64,000 nucleotides of DNA from Paracoccaceae bacterium (GTDB taxonomy: Bacteria; Pseudomonadota; Alphaproteobacteria; Rhodobacterales; Rhodobacteraceae): assembly GCA_018223085.1 (NCBI GenBank), contig JAAEZB010000004.1, forward strand, positions 6,284 to 70,283, given 5' to 3'. A model generated the notes under the pieces. That model had not been told where the DNA came from. It was given only the letters and a program-made list of their open reading frames with translations, and searched no databases. The position numbers and the translations under genes were made by a program. This document shows positions 47,255 to 55,958 of this stretch, piece by piece; the stretch's first letter is position 1; each line of letters opens with the position of its first letter.

Positions 47255-47357
47255 CGAGGCAGGGTAATCGAGCGGGCAATCAAGACCCATACTACGCCCC
47301 CGTGACGTCGAAAAGACGCGCGGGCCAAAGGCGCTGCCTCGTAAAAATTGAGGGCAG
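47255..47357 (+). promoter_or_regulatory. candidate structured 5' leader with alternative anti-SD pairing
   Basis: CTGCCTCG (47334-47341) can pair with CGAGGCAG (47255-47262) or with the RBS segment GAGGGCAG (47350-47357). Confidence 0.4.
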
Positions 47358-47362
47358 GCAGT

Positions 47363-48970
47363 ATGCCTATTGCGCAGGAACTAACGTACGATACAGGTGC
47401 GTCCGCTGAAGAGATGGCGGGAGAAATTTTTGGCGACGGTGTTACGGTCGTCAGCGCGAGCTATAGCGGCGCGGGCGGATCGTCGGCCATTTATTCGAAT
47501 GGCGATGCCGTATCGGCCGAGGCGACGCCGGGCGATACGGGGGTGATCCTGTCGACCGGGAACGCCACCGATTTTACCAATAGCGGCGGCGGCGGCTGGT
47601 GGGGCGGCACTTCGACCAATACCAACCAATCCACGGGCCGGTCGACCAATACCAGCGGCGAAAACAACAACGCTGATTTCAACGCGATTGTTGGCAACAA
47701 CACTTATGACGCGGCCTATCTTGAGGTCGAATTCATTCCGACGGGCGACACGCTGACGATGCAGTTCGTCTTTTCGTCGGATGAATATCCCGAGTATATC
47801 AACTCGATTTACAATGATGCCGTGATCGTCATGGTCAATGGTCAGGAGGTTGAGGTCGAGGTTGGCTCGGGGAGTGCGAGCATTTCCACGATCAACACGA
47901 CCAACAACCAGAACCTCTATCTCGACAATACTGGCGATGCCTACAACACCGAGATGGACGGGTTCACCGTCACCATGACGCTCAAGATGGATGTCAATCC
48001 GGGCGAGGTGAATGAGATCACCATCGGGATCGTGGATGTTGGCGATAGCAGCTATGATTCCAACGTCCTGATCGCGGGTGACTCGGTCCAGACTGCGGTT
48101 CTCGCGGTGGCGGACGAGACAACGATGGGTCTCAACACGACCAAGACGGTTGATGTGCTTGCCAATGACGAGTCCGGCAGCACGCTTACCATCACCCATA
48201 TCAACGGCCAGCCCGTTAATGCGGGCGATACGATTACCCTATCGACCGGGCAGGTCATCACGCTCAATGCCGACGGCACCTTTGAGATTGTGACGGATGG
48301 CGACGAGGAAGAGGTCAACTTTACCTATACGATCGAGGATGAGGACGGCACGAGCGATGTTGGCTTTGTCACGATCAATTCCACGTCGGCGCCCTGTTTC
48401 GTCAAGGGCACGTTGATCCGAACCCCCGAGGGCGATGTGCCGATTGAGGATATCGATGCGGGCGACCTTGTTGATACCTATGAGAACGGACCGCAGGAGG
48501 TTCGCTGGGTCGGGCATCGCACGGTGCCGGCCGAAGGCGCGCTTGCCCCGATCCGCATCGCAGCCGGGACATTTGGCGATCATGCTACGCTTCTCGTATC
48601 GCCGCAGCACCGGGTTCTTGTACGCGATAGCCGGGCCGAGCTTCTTTTTGATAGCCCGGAGGTTCTGGTCAAGGCCAAGGACCTTTTGAATGACGTGTCC
48701 GTCACGCGGCAGACGGGTGGGGATGTGACCTATTTCCATATCCTGTTCGACAGCCACCAGATCGTGTTTTCGCAAGGGCTTGAGACCGAGAGCTTCCTGC
48801 CGGGGCCGCAGATCAACAATATTTTCGAAGAAGAGATTGTTGAGGAAATCTTTACCCTGTTCCCGGAGTTGGACCGCAGCACGGGCGAGGGTTATGGTCA
48901 GGCGGCGCGGCGCACCTTGAAGAGTTTCGAGGCGGCTGTGCTGACCCGCTCGGGCAAACAGGTGGCCTGA
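47363..48970 (+). CDS. choice-of-anchor-L-like domain + Ig/cadherin-like domain + Hint (B-type BIL-like) domain protein
   Basis: GVILSTG, FVFSSDEYPEY, YND, YDSNVLI; DVLAND...FTYTIED; AP|CFVKGT, SPQH, YFHILFDSHQIV, ESFLPG. Confidence 0.88.
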   Translation: MPIAQELTYDTGASAEEMAGEIFGDGVTVVSASYSGAGGSSAIYSNGDAVSAEATPGDTGVILSTGNATDFTNSGGGGWWGGTSTNTNQSTGRSTNTSGENNNADFNAIVGNNTYDAAYLEVEFIPTGDTLTMQFVFSSDEYPEYINSIYNDAVIVMVNGQEVEVEVGSGSASISTINTTNNQNLYLDNTGDAYNTEMDGFTVTMTLKMDVNPGEVNEITIGIVDVGDSSYDSNVLIAGDSVQTAVLAVADETTMGLNTTKTVDVLANDESGSTLTITHINGQPVNAGDTITLSTGQVITLNADGTFEIVTDGDEEEVNFTYTIEDEDGTSDVGFVTINSTSAPCFVKGTLIRTPEGDVPIEDIDAGDLVDTYENGPQEVRWVGHRTVPAEGALAPIRIAAGTFGDHATLLVSPQHRVLVRDSRAELLFDSPEVLVKAKDLLNDVSVTRQTGGDVTYFHILFDSHQIVFSQGLETESFLPGPQINNIFEEEIVEEIFTLFPELDRSTGEGYGQAARRTLKSFEAAVLTRSGKQVA

Positions 48971-48982
48971 GGCGGACGCGGG

Positions 48983-50086
48983 ATGACCTGGATCGCCATA
49001 CGGGATCGCGATGACGCGCTGTTTGCACCCGAGGGCCTGGCCCATGGGCGGGGCAGAGAGCTATCGCCCCCAGAGGCCGATCTTGACCAGCCCATGCCGC
49101 GCGGCAGCCTGCTTTTGGAAACGCGCCTGTCTCCCTACAATGCGCCACAGCTTCTTTTGGGTCTTCAGCGTGGCTTTGATGCCGACATGAGCCTGATGCT
49201 GCGCGCGGTGCCGGGGGGCGGGGTTTCGCTGGTGCATACCGGTAAGGGCGAGATGTGTCATGCGGCGCTGACCCATGACGCCGAGGCGCGGCGCACCGAT
49301 GTGCTGCGCATTACCTATAGCTGGGATGTGGCGCATGGCTGGGCGCGGCTGGCGGTCGAGCGCCCGGATGTGGCGCATTGCTTTCAGACCGTGGTGCGGA
49401 TGCCGGTGGCGCTGACGCTGGCGGATGTGCATGACATGATCCGCAACCCGGCGGCGGCGGTGATGGACGAAGACGTACTGTTTCTTGCCGTGTCTGATCG
49501 GGTCGAGCCAATTGGGCCAATGCCGGGGCTGATGGCCTCGCTGCCGGTGGCGACACCTTATGGTGCACGGGCGCTGGGCGATTTGCGTCGTGGCGATCTT
49601 GTGGAGACTCTAGGCGGCAAGGTTGTGCCGGTGCTTCAGGTGCTACGCCGCACGGTCCCGGCGCGGGGTCTTTTTGAACCGGTGCGCCTGCGCCACCCTT
49701 ATTTCGGTCTGGACCGTGATATCGTTGTGACGCCGGGCCAGCGGATGCTCGTTGGGGGCTCGCGGGTGGAGTATCTCTTTGGGCGCGAACATGTGTTGAT
49801 CCCGGCGGGGCATCTGACCGGCGGCGCGGCGGGGGTGCGCGAAAAGGGGCACGCGCTGGTGACCTATACTCAGCTTCTCCTGCCCGAGGCGGACGCGATC
49901 TATGCCGCCGGAACCTGCCTTGAAAGTCTTGATATTGGCCGCCTCAGACGCAAACGCGATCTTCTTGGGGCAAGCCTTCTTGCAGGGAGTGCGCGCAATC
50001 ACCTGCCGGAGCATATCGCCCGGCCCTACCCGGTGCTTGGCGCGTTTGAGGCCAATACACTCGCCGCTCTGCGCAGCGCGGCCTGA
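48983..50086 (+). CDS. beta-rich N-terminal domain + degenerate Hint domain protein
   Basis: MP|GLMASLPVATPYGARALGDLRRGDLVET (Gly for Cys1), TPGQ (Gln for His), TYTQLLL, ESLDIG. Confidence 0.8.
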   Translation: MTWIAIRDRDDALFAPEGLAHGRGRELSPPEADLDQPMPRGSLLLETRLSPYNAPQLLLGLQRGFDADMSLMLRAVPGGGVSLVHTGKGEMCHAALTHDAEARRTDVLRITYSWDVAHGWARLAVERPDVAHCFQTVVRMPVALTLADVHDMIRNPAAAVMDEDVLFLAVSDRVEPIGPMPGLMASLPVATPYGARALGDLRRGDLVETLGGKVVPVLQVLRRTVPARGLFEPVRLRHPYFGLDRDIVVTPGQRMLVGGSRVEYLFGREHVLIPAGHLTGGAAGVREKGHALVTYTQLLLPEADAIYAAGTCLESLDIGRLRRKRDLLGASLLAGSARNHLPEHIARPYPVLGAFEANTLAALRSAA

Positions 50087-50098
50087 TCTTTTAGTCGT

Positions 50099-50467
50099 TC
50101 AATGGGCGCTGTCTTCGTCGGCGGAGAGCGTTTCCTCGCCATTGTAAAACGGGGTCATCTGCGCCACGACCACGGAATTCTCGTCCAACGCGCGCTGCAT
50201 CAGCTCAAGCTCATCTGCGGCGATTTCATGGCCCTGCGCCTCGCGTTCTTCGCGGGTGCCATAGCCGGTCACATCAAGCGGTGCGAGTTCGGCCTGTTTG
50301 AGGATGGCCACGGTTTCGCGCACGGCCTCGGCCTCGTCCACGCCGCTGGCATAGATCATGAGCGCGGCGCCGGTGGCGTTGTCGGGAAGGCCGTCGCCTT
50401 CCTTGCGGCCAACCTGCACAAGTAGGGTATAGACCTGTTGGCGTGATGTTTTTTTCGTCTTTTCCAT
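50099..50467 (-). CDS. conserved hypothetical protein (122 aa)
   Basis: Typical codon usage and globular composition; fills the gap between Hint genes. Confidence 0.75.
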   Translation of the reverse strand: MEKTKKTSRQQVYTLLVQVGRKEGDGLPDNATGAALMIYASGVDEAEAVRETVAILKQAELAPLDVTGYGTREEREAQGHEIAADELELMQRALDENSVVVAQMTPFYNGEETLSADEDSAH

Positions 50468-50522
50468 GGCGCGGCCTTATCCCGCGTGGCCCATGGGCGT
50501 CAAGCGGCGCTGTACTCCAAAG

Positions 50523-50542
50523 ACCTATCCGATCGGGTATGG
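50523..50542. promoter_or_regulatory. lux-box-like imperfect palindrome
   Basis: ACCTATCCGATCGGGTATGG; 12 of 20 positions match the canonical lux box ACCTGTAGGATCGTACAGGT. Confidence 0.35.
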
Positions 50543-50743
50543 ATTAGGTCGAATGCCTCACATTTTCCTCGATTGCACCAATAAATCCTCAGAAAGATTC
50601 GTTTATCTACAGTGGGTGAAGTAGCCGCCGATGATCGTGTTGGGGAAGAGGGGGGAGTCTTTCCCCGATGTCCTTACCCGTCTTGTGGCTTAGTTAACAA
50701 TTTGCCTTGCCCCGGGCATCTGGTTTTTTGAGGAACGATAGAG

Positions 50744-52315
50744 ATGGTAACTGCTTCGGAACTTCCCATTGATTCAACCGCTTCCGACATGGAAATGGCG
50801 GAGGCGATGTTCGGCTCGGGCATCACCATCACCTCGGCCTCTTACACAGGGGCAGATGAGGCATCAGGCATCTATTCCAACGGCGATAGTGTTGCCGATG
50901 CGATCACGCCTTCGGATACCGGCGTTATCCTGTCGACCGGCAAGGTCAGCGATATCACCCGTGAAAGCGGCGATCCCAACCGGGAGGCCAATGAATCGAC
51001 CAACTGGAACGGTGCTGGCGATAGCGATCTTGAAGAGATTGCCAACGCCAAAACCTATGACGCCGCCATTTTCGAGGCGACCTTCGTCCCCGAAGGCAGC
51101 GTGCTAACCATGCAGGTCACCTTTTCTTCGGAAGAATATCTCGAATACGTTAACTCGGGATTCAACGATGCGGTGGGGGTCTGGGTCAATGGCGAGAAGG
51201 CCGAACTGACCGTGGGCGATGGTGACATTACCATCAACAACATCAACAATACGTCGAACGAAAATCTCTATATCGACAACCCGCAATACGCCGAAGTTGC
51301 CAATACCGAGATGGACGGGTTTACCGTCACCATGACGCTCAAGGCGCCGGTCAATCCCGGCGAGGAAAACGACATCAAGATCGCCATCGCCGATGGCGGC
51401 GACGGGATTTACGATTCCAACCTGCTCATCGCGGGGGATTCGATTCAATGCGCGCTTGTGGCCGGGGATGATGACCTGACCATCGGCAAGACCGGCGAAT
51501 ATGATTTCGACATCCTTGCCAACGATGACAGCAGCACCGGAGCGGCCCTTACGATCACCCATATCAACGGTCAGGAAGTCTTCGCGGGCGATACGATCAC
51601 CTTGCCAACCGGCGAGATGATTACCCTCAATGCCGACGGCACCATTACGGCCGAGTCCGATGGCGACCTTGGCGAAAACGTCTTTTCCTACACGATTGAG
51701 GATACGGACGGGAATACCGATGTTGGCTTTGTGACACTGACCACGGCGCCCTGTTTCGTGGCGGGCACCCGGATCATCACCAATCAGGGCGAGGTCCCGG
51801 TCGAGACGCTTGATGTTGGCGATATGGTTCTGACGCGCGACAACGGGTTCCAGCCGTTGCGCTGGGTTGGTCAGACGACGCGCATCGCCGAAGGCATCGA
51901 CGCGCCGATCCGGTTCGAGGCCGGGGCGCTTGGCGCGCACGACACGGTTGAGTTTTCGCCGAACCACCGTGTGCTTTTGCATTCCCCCCGCGCGAGCCTT
52001 CTTTTTGGCGAATCCGAGGTGCTTGTGAAAGCCAAGGACCTCGTGAACGGACGTACGATCTGTCCGCGCGCGGATGGCGCGCCCGTGACCTATGTGCATC
52101 TGCTCTTTGATCGCCACGAGATCGTGCGCGGCAACGGGCTTGATAGCGAGAGCTATCATCCCGGCCATGAAACCATGGAGAGTTTCGATGCCGAAACCCG
52201 CGACGAGATTCTCCGATTGATGCCCAATGCGGATTCGATGATGGGCTATGGCTATGGTCCGGCGGCGCGCATTTCCCTGCGCAAATATGAGGCGCAGGCA
52301 CTTTTGAAGGTCTAA
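50744..52315 (+). CDS. paralogous choice-of-anchor-L-like + Ig-like + Hint domain protein
   Basis: Colinear with 47363-48970 (GVILSTG, FSSEEYLEY, NTEMDGFTVTMTLK, DILAND); AP|CFVAGT, SPNH, YVHLLFDRHEIV, ESYHPG. Confidence 0.88.
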   Translation: MVTASELPIDSTASDMEMAEAMFGSGITITSASYTGADEASGIYSNGDSVADAITPSDTGVILSTGKVSDITRESGDPNREANESTNWNGAGDSDLEEIANAKTYDAAIFEATFVPEGSVLTMQVTFSSEEYLEYVNSGFNDAVGVWVNGEKAELTVGDGDITINNINNTSNENLYIDNPQYAEVANTEMDGFTVTMTLKAPVNPGEENDIKIAIADGGDGIYDSNLLIAGDSIQCALVAGDDDLTIGKTGEYDFDILANDDSSTGAALTITHINGQEVFAGDTITLPTGEMITLNADGTITAESDGDLGENVFSYTIEDTDGNTDVGFVTLTTAPCFVAGTRIITNQGEVPVETLDVGDMVLTRDNGFQPLRWVGQTTRIAEGIDAPIRFEAGALGAHDTVEFSPNHRVLLHSPRASLLFGESEVLVKAKDLVNGRTICPRADGAPVTYVHLLFDRHEIVRGNGLDSESYHPGHETMESFDAETRDEILRLMPNADSMMGYGYGPAARISLRKYEAQALLKV

Positions 52316-52417
52316 GGCCTCGCGAAACACCGTCGCAGGGGCAATCTCGTGACGGTAGAATGGGTCGATGGCGTTGACCCTTCCGATCTCCTGAGGCATG
52401 GTGTTTGCGCTCGCACA

Positions 52418-53539
52418 ATGGGGATTGGAGCCTTGCAAAAATTGAAGACGTGCATCCGCGCCTTGGCGCTGGCGGTGCTTGTGCTGACCGGATTGGCTAT
52501 GGATCTGGGCGGTGGCGCGCGAGCGCAAGAGACGCTTTCGGACGCCCTTGTTTTTGCCACTGTGGACCGCCCGCCCTTCGCCGCTCTGAATGATGACGAA
52601 CCCGAAGGCTTTAGCATCGACTTGATGCAGGCCATTGCCGACCGGCTTGGCCGCCCGCTGGTCTTTGCGCCACAGCCGCAGTTTGCCGATATGCTCAACG
52701 CGGTGCGCGATGATGCGGTCGATGGGGCCATCGCCAACATCTCGATCACCGCCGCGCGCGAAGCCGAGATGGATTTTAGTCAGCCGATCTTTGAGAGCGG
52801 GCTACAGATCTTGCTGCCAAAAGAAGACAGCACATTGAAGCGGCTGTTTGGGGTACTCAATGGCGAGATTTTGGCGCTTGGCCTTGCCGCGCTTGGCCTT
52901 TTGTTCGGCGGCGGCATGTTGATGTGGGTGTTCGAACGCGGGCGGCAGCCCTATTTCGACCGCCCCCTTGGCGATGCGATGTTCCCGTCCTTCTGGTGGG
53001 CGCTCAACCTCGTGGTCAATGGCGGGTTTGAGGAACGCATGCCCATGTCCCGCTTTGGCCGGGTGTTTGCCGTGTTCCTTGTGATTTCGAGCCTGTTTAT
53101 CGTGTCGATCTTTGTCGCCACGATCACCGCCGCCGTAACCGTCGATGCGCTTCAGGAAAATGTCGAGTCGATCAATGATCTCGACAATCGGCGGGTGGCA
53201 ACGGTGTCTGGCTCGACCAGTGCGGATTTCCTTGCCAAACGTGACATTGCTTTTGCTGGCTATGCCAATCCTCACGAGATGCTTGCCGCCTTTACCGAGG
53301 GCAAGGCGGATGCGGTGGTCTTTGATGGGCCGATTCTGGCCTATTACGTGATGGCCGACAGCGCCGGAGAGGCACGGCTCATAGACAGGGTCTATCGCCC
53401 GGAAAACTATGGCATCGCCTTGCCTGCGGGCAGCCCCCTGCGCGAAGAGATCAACCGCGCGCTACTGGCGCTTCGTGAAGACGGGAGCTATGGCGCGCTG
53501 GTCGACAAGTGGTTCGGCGAGACGTTCCTGTTTGACTGA
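52418..53539 (+). CDS. prokaryotic ionotropic glutamate receptor-like ligand-gated channel (S1-M1-P-M2-S2); start uncertain
   Basis: Signal peptide; ANISITAAREAEMDFSQP (S1); TM; SFWWALNLVVNGGFEE pore loop; GRVFAVFL TM; ATVSGSTS and VVFDGP (S2). Confidence 0.85.
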   Translation: MGIGALQKLKTCIRALALAVLVLTGLAMDLGGGARAQETLSDALVFATVDRPPFAALNDDEPEGFSIDLMQAIADRLGRPLVFAPQPQFADMLNAVRDDAVDGAIANISITAAREAEMDFSQPIFESGLQILLPKEDSTLKRLFGVLNGEILALGLAALGLLFGGGMLMWVFERGRQPYFDRPLGDAMFPSFWWALNLVVNGGFEERMPMSRFGRVFAVFLVISSLFIVSIFVATITAAVTVDALQENVESINDLDNRRVATVSGSTSADFLAKRDIAFAGYANPHEMLAAFTEGKADAVVFDGPILAYYVMADSAGEARLIDRVYRPENYGIALPAGSPLREEINRALLALREDGSYGALVDKWFGETFLFD

Positions 53540-53540
53540 G

Positions 53541-53582
53541 GCAAAGAAAAAGGCGCCGGACCCCGCAGGACCGACGCCTTTC
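53541..53582 (-). terminator. rho-independent terminator of dapD (possibly bidirectional)
   Basis: Minus strand AAAGGCGTCGG-tcctgcggggt-CCGGCGCCTTTTTCTTT. Confidence 0.75.
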
Positions 53583-53602
53583 ACATGTTCGGGATATCAA
53601 GA

Positions 53603-54430
53603 TCAGTCGCGCAGAAGCTCGTTGATCGAGGTCTTGGAGCGGGTCTGAGCGTCAACGCGTTTTACGATCACGGCGCAGTAGAGGTTCACGCCGTTTTTCG
53701 AGGGCATGGAGCCCGCGACAACGACCGACCCTGCGGGCACTTCGCCATACATGATTTCGCCGGTTTCGCGGTCGACGATTTTGGTCGACTGGCCGATGAA
53801 GACACCCATGCCAAGAACCGAGCCCTCGCGCACGATGCAGCCTTCGACCACTTCGGAGCGCGCCCCGATAAAGCAGTTATCCTCAATGATGGTCGGACCG
53901 GCCTGCATCGGCTCAAGCACGCCGCCAATGCCGACGCCGCCCGAAAGGTGCACGTTCTTGCCGATCTGGGCACAGGAGCCAACGGTCGCCCAGGTGTCGA
54001 CCATGGTGCCTTCGTCGACATAGGCGCCGAGGTTGACGAAAGACGGCATCAGGACAACGCCCGGCGCGACATAGGCCGATTTACGCACGATGCAGTTCGG
54101 CACGGCGCGAAAGCCCGCGTCTTTCCATTCTGCGTCGCCCCAGCCTTTGAATTTGCTGTCGACCTTGTCCCACCAGTGGCCGCCCTGCGGGCCGCCGTCC
54201 TGCTGTTCCATGTCTTTGAGGCGAAAGCCGAGGAGCACGGCTTTTTTGGCCCACTGGTTGACGTGCCAATCGCCGCTCTCAAGCTTTTCCGCAACGCGCA
54301 GTTTGCCCGAATCGAGCGCGTTCAGCGTCTCTTCGATGGCTTCACGGGTTTCGCCGCCGGTCGACGGCGTGATGGTGTCGCGCGCGTCCCACGCGGCTTC
54401 GATGGCTTGTTCGAGCTGGGCATTCGACAT
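53603..54430 (-). CDS. dapD: tetrahydrodipicolinate N-succinyltransferase
   Basis: [44 protein letters not shown]. Confidence 0.98.
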   Translation of the reverse strand: MSNAQLEQAIEAAWDARDTITPSTGGETREAIEETLNALDSGKLRVAEKLESGDWHVNQWAKKAVLLGFRLKDMEQQDGGPQGGHWWDKVDSKFKGWGDAEWKDAGFRAVPNCIVRKSAYVAPGVVLMPSFVNLGAYVDEGTMVDTWATVGSCAQIGKNVHLSGGVGIGGVLEPMQAGPTIIEDNCFIGARSEVVEGCIVREGSVLGMGVFIGQSTKIVDRETGEIMYGEVPAGSVVVAGSMPSKNGVNLYCAVIVKRVDAQTRSKTSINELLRD

Positions 54431-54601
54431 GTTTTTTCGCTCCAATGTTAAGGATTCGGAACTTCATAGCCGCAAGAGGGGGCGGCGTCACCCTGCCAAA
54501 ACGACCTATCCGCGCCACAAGAGACGTCACGCGGCTGTCACTGGCCATGCGCGCGCGGACGCGATAGGGCTTGGGCAAACGTGAGAGTAAGGGTTTTCAA
54601 G

Positions 54602-55444
54602 ATGTCCAAGGACCGCAAGCATCCCCTGTCGGATGCCCATTTCGACCGCAGCCGTGCAAGCCATGTACCCGATACGCCGCAATCGCGCGCGCCATCTTAT
54701 CGGTTGGCCTATGATGATTTCGATTTTCTGTGCCGGGACGAACTGCGCCCGGTGCGGCTTCAGCTTGAACTGATGAAACCGGACCTGCTGATGCAGGAAT
54801 ACGGGGTGGAATCGACCATTGTTCTGTTTGGCGGGGCGCGCATCCCGGAACCGGCAAAGAAACACGAGGCGCGGACGGAAACCCTCGCGGAGCTTTCGAA
54901 ATATTACGATGAGGCGCGGGAATTTGCCCGGCAGATGACCCTGCGCTGTAACGGGAACGGCACACGGGAACATGTGATCGTGACGGGCGGCGGTCCGGGT
55001 GTCATGGAGGCGGGCAACCGCGGCGCGGCGGATGCAGGGGGCGTGTCGATCGGGCTTAATATCGTGCTACCGCACGAGCAGGCGCCGAACCCCTACGTGA
55101 CCCCGGATCTCTGTTTCAACTTCCACTATTTCGCCGTCCGCAAGATGCATTTCCTCATGCGGGCAGAGGCGCTGGCAATCTTTCCCGGCGGGTTCGGGAC
55201 GATGGATGAGCTCTTCGAGACGCTCACCCTGATCCAGACCGGGCGCATGAAACAGGTGCCGATCCTGCTCTTCGGGCGCGAGTTCTGGAAAAAGATCATC
55301 AACTTCGAAGCTCTCGCCGAAGCAGGCACCATCAGCCCGGAAGACCTCGACCTGTTCCGCTATGTCGATACAGCGGATGAGGCGGTTGATGTCATTCTCA
55401 ACTGGGGCGAAGCCAAGCGGCGCGGGGAAATCCCGGGGCGTTAG
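54602..55444 (+). CDS. LOG-family (TIGR00730-like) nucleotide phosphoribohydrolase
   Basis: FGGAR, TGGGPGVMEAGNRGA, FAVRKMHF, PGGFGTMDE. Confidence 0.92.
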   Translation: MSKDRKHPLSDAHFDRSRASHVPDTPQSRAPSYRLAYDDFDFLCRDELRPVRLQLELMKPDLLMQEYGVESTIVLFGGARIPEPAKKHEARTETLAELSKYYDEAREFARQMTLRCNGNGTREHVIVTGGGPGVMEAGNRGAADAGGVSIGLNIVLPHEQAPNPYVTPDLCFNFHYFAVRKMHFLMRAEALAIFPGGFGTMDELFETLTLIQTGRMKQVPILLFGREFWKKIINFEALAEAGTISPEDLDLFRYVDTADEAVDVILNWGEAKRRGEIPGR

Positions 55445-55623
55445 TGGATGTGGGCGGGCAACACGCCAAGCTCGATGCCCTGCGGCAGCTTGGTCACGAC
55501 TTGCGCGCCTTTGACGTCCTTGATCGCATAGCCATAGCCCGCGAGGCGGAACTTCCACTCGCGCGGCGAAAGCGCCTTGGCGCGCTCGCGGGTGATAAGG
55601 TCAAGAATGGGCGTCTCAATCAT
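55441..55623 (-). CDS. small conserved hypothetical protein (60 aa)
   Basis: ERAKALSPREWKFRLAGYGY; stop overlaps the LOG gene stop; alternative ATG at 55650 has a GAGG RBS. Confidence 0.7.
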   Translation of the reverse strand: MIETPILDLITRERAKALSPREWKFRLAGYGYAIKDVKGAQVVTKLPQGIELGVLPAHIH

Positions 55624-55827
55624 TGCGCCACCGATATCTGCTCGTGCCATTGGTCAATCCTCCTCGGGATTTTTTATTGTTCACGAGATAGAAACTGATT
55701 GTTCATCGGGGCGGAAGTTCATCGGAAATGGGGAAAGTTTGGGGCAGAAGGCAACGCAGCATTAACTTTAATGCGCCTCAATGCCCTTGCGGGACAGGCT
55801 GAGGAGCCGATGACCGCCCAAGAAGAA

Positions 55828-55876
55828 GCCGCCCTGGCCCCCGTTTCGGGAGTCAGGGCGCATTTGTTTCTTTTTG
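55828..55876. terminator. terminator hairpin in the intergenic region downstream of rlmN
   Basis: GCCCTGGCCCC-cgtttc-GGGAGTCAGGGC followed by ATTTGTTTCTTTTT on the plus strand. Confidence 0.6.
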
Positions 55877-55958
55877 GTGAAAATACCTCGGAGCGCGAGG
55901 CAGAGCCTCGCAACCGCGTGCCCGATAGGGCGCGCAAAACCTGCGCGCCGAAGGCGCT

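Noticed and set aside
47281-47340. c-di-GMP-I riboswitch
   Set aside because: A GAAA-type loop and CAAAG are present, but the GGCAAA entry and second hairpin are not; kept only as an unclassified leader
48395-48800. Canonical intein or homing element in the Hint genes
   Set aside because: No terminal His-Asn plus nucleophile, no LAGLIDADG endonuclease and no split host gene; these fit B-type BIL/Hint_2 domains
47363-52315. Polymorphic toxin-immunity locus
   Set aside because: Only a short conserved tail follows each Hint domain; no toxin domain or small immunity gene is evident
52349-53539. Plain amino-acid ABC substrate-binding protein
   Set aside because: The binding domain is split by two TM helices and a pore loop, and no permease or ATPase is adjacent
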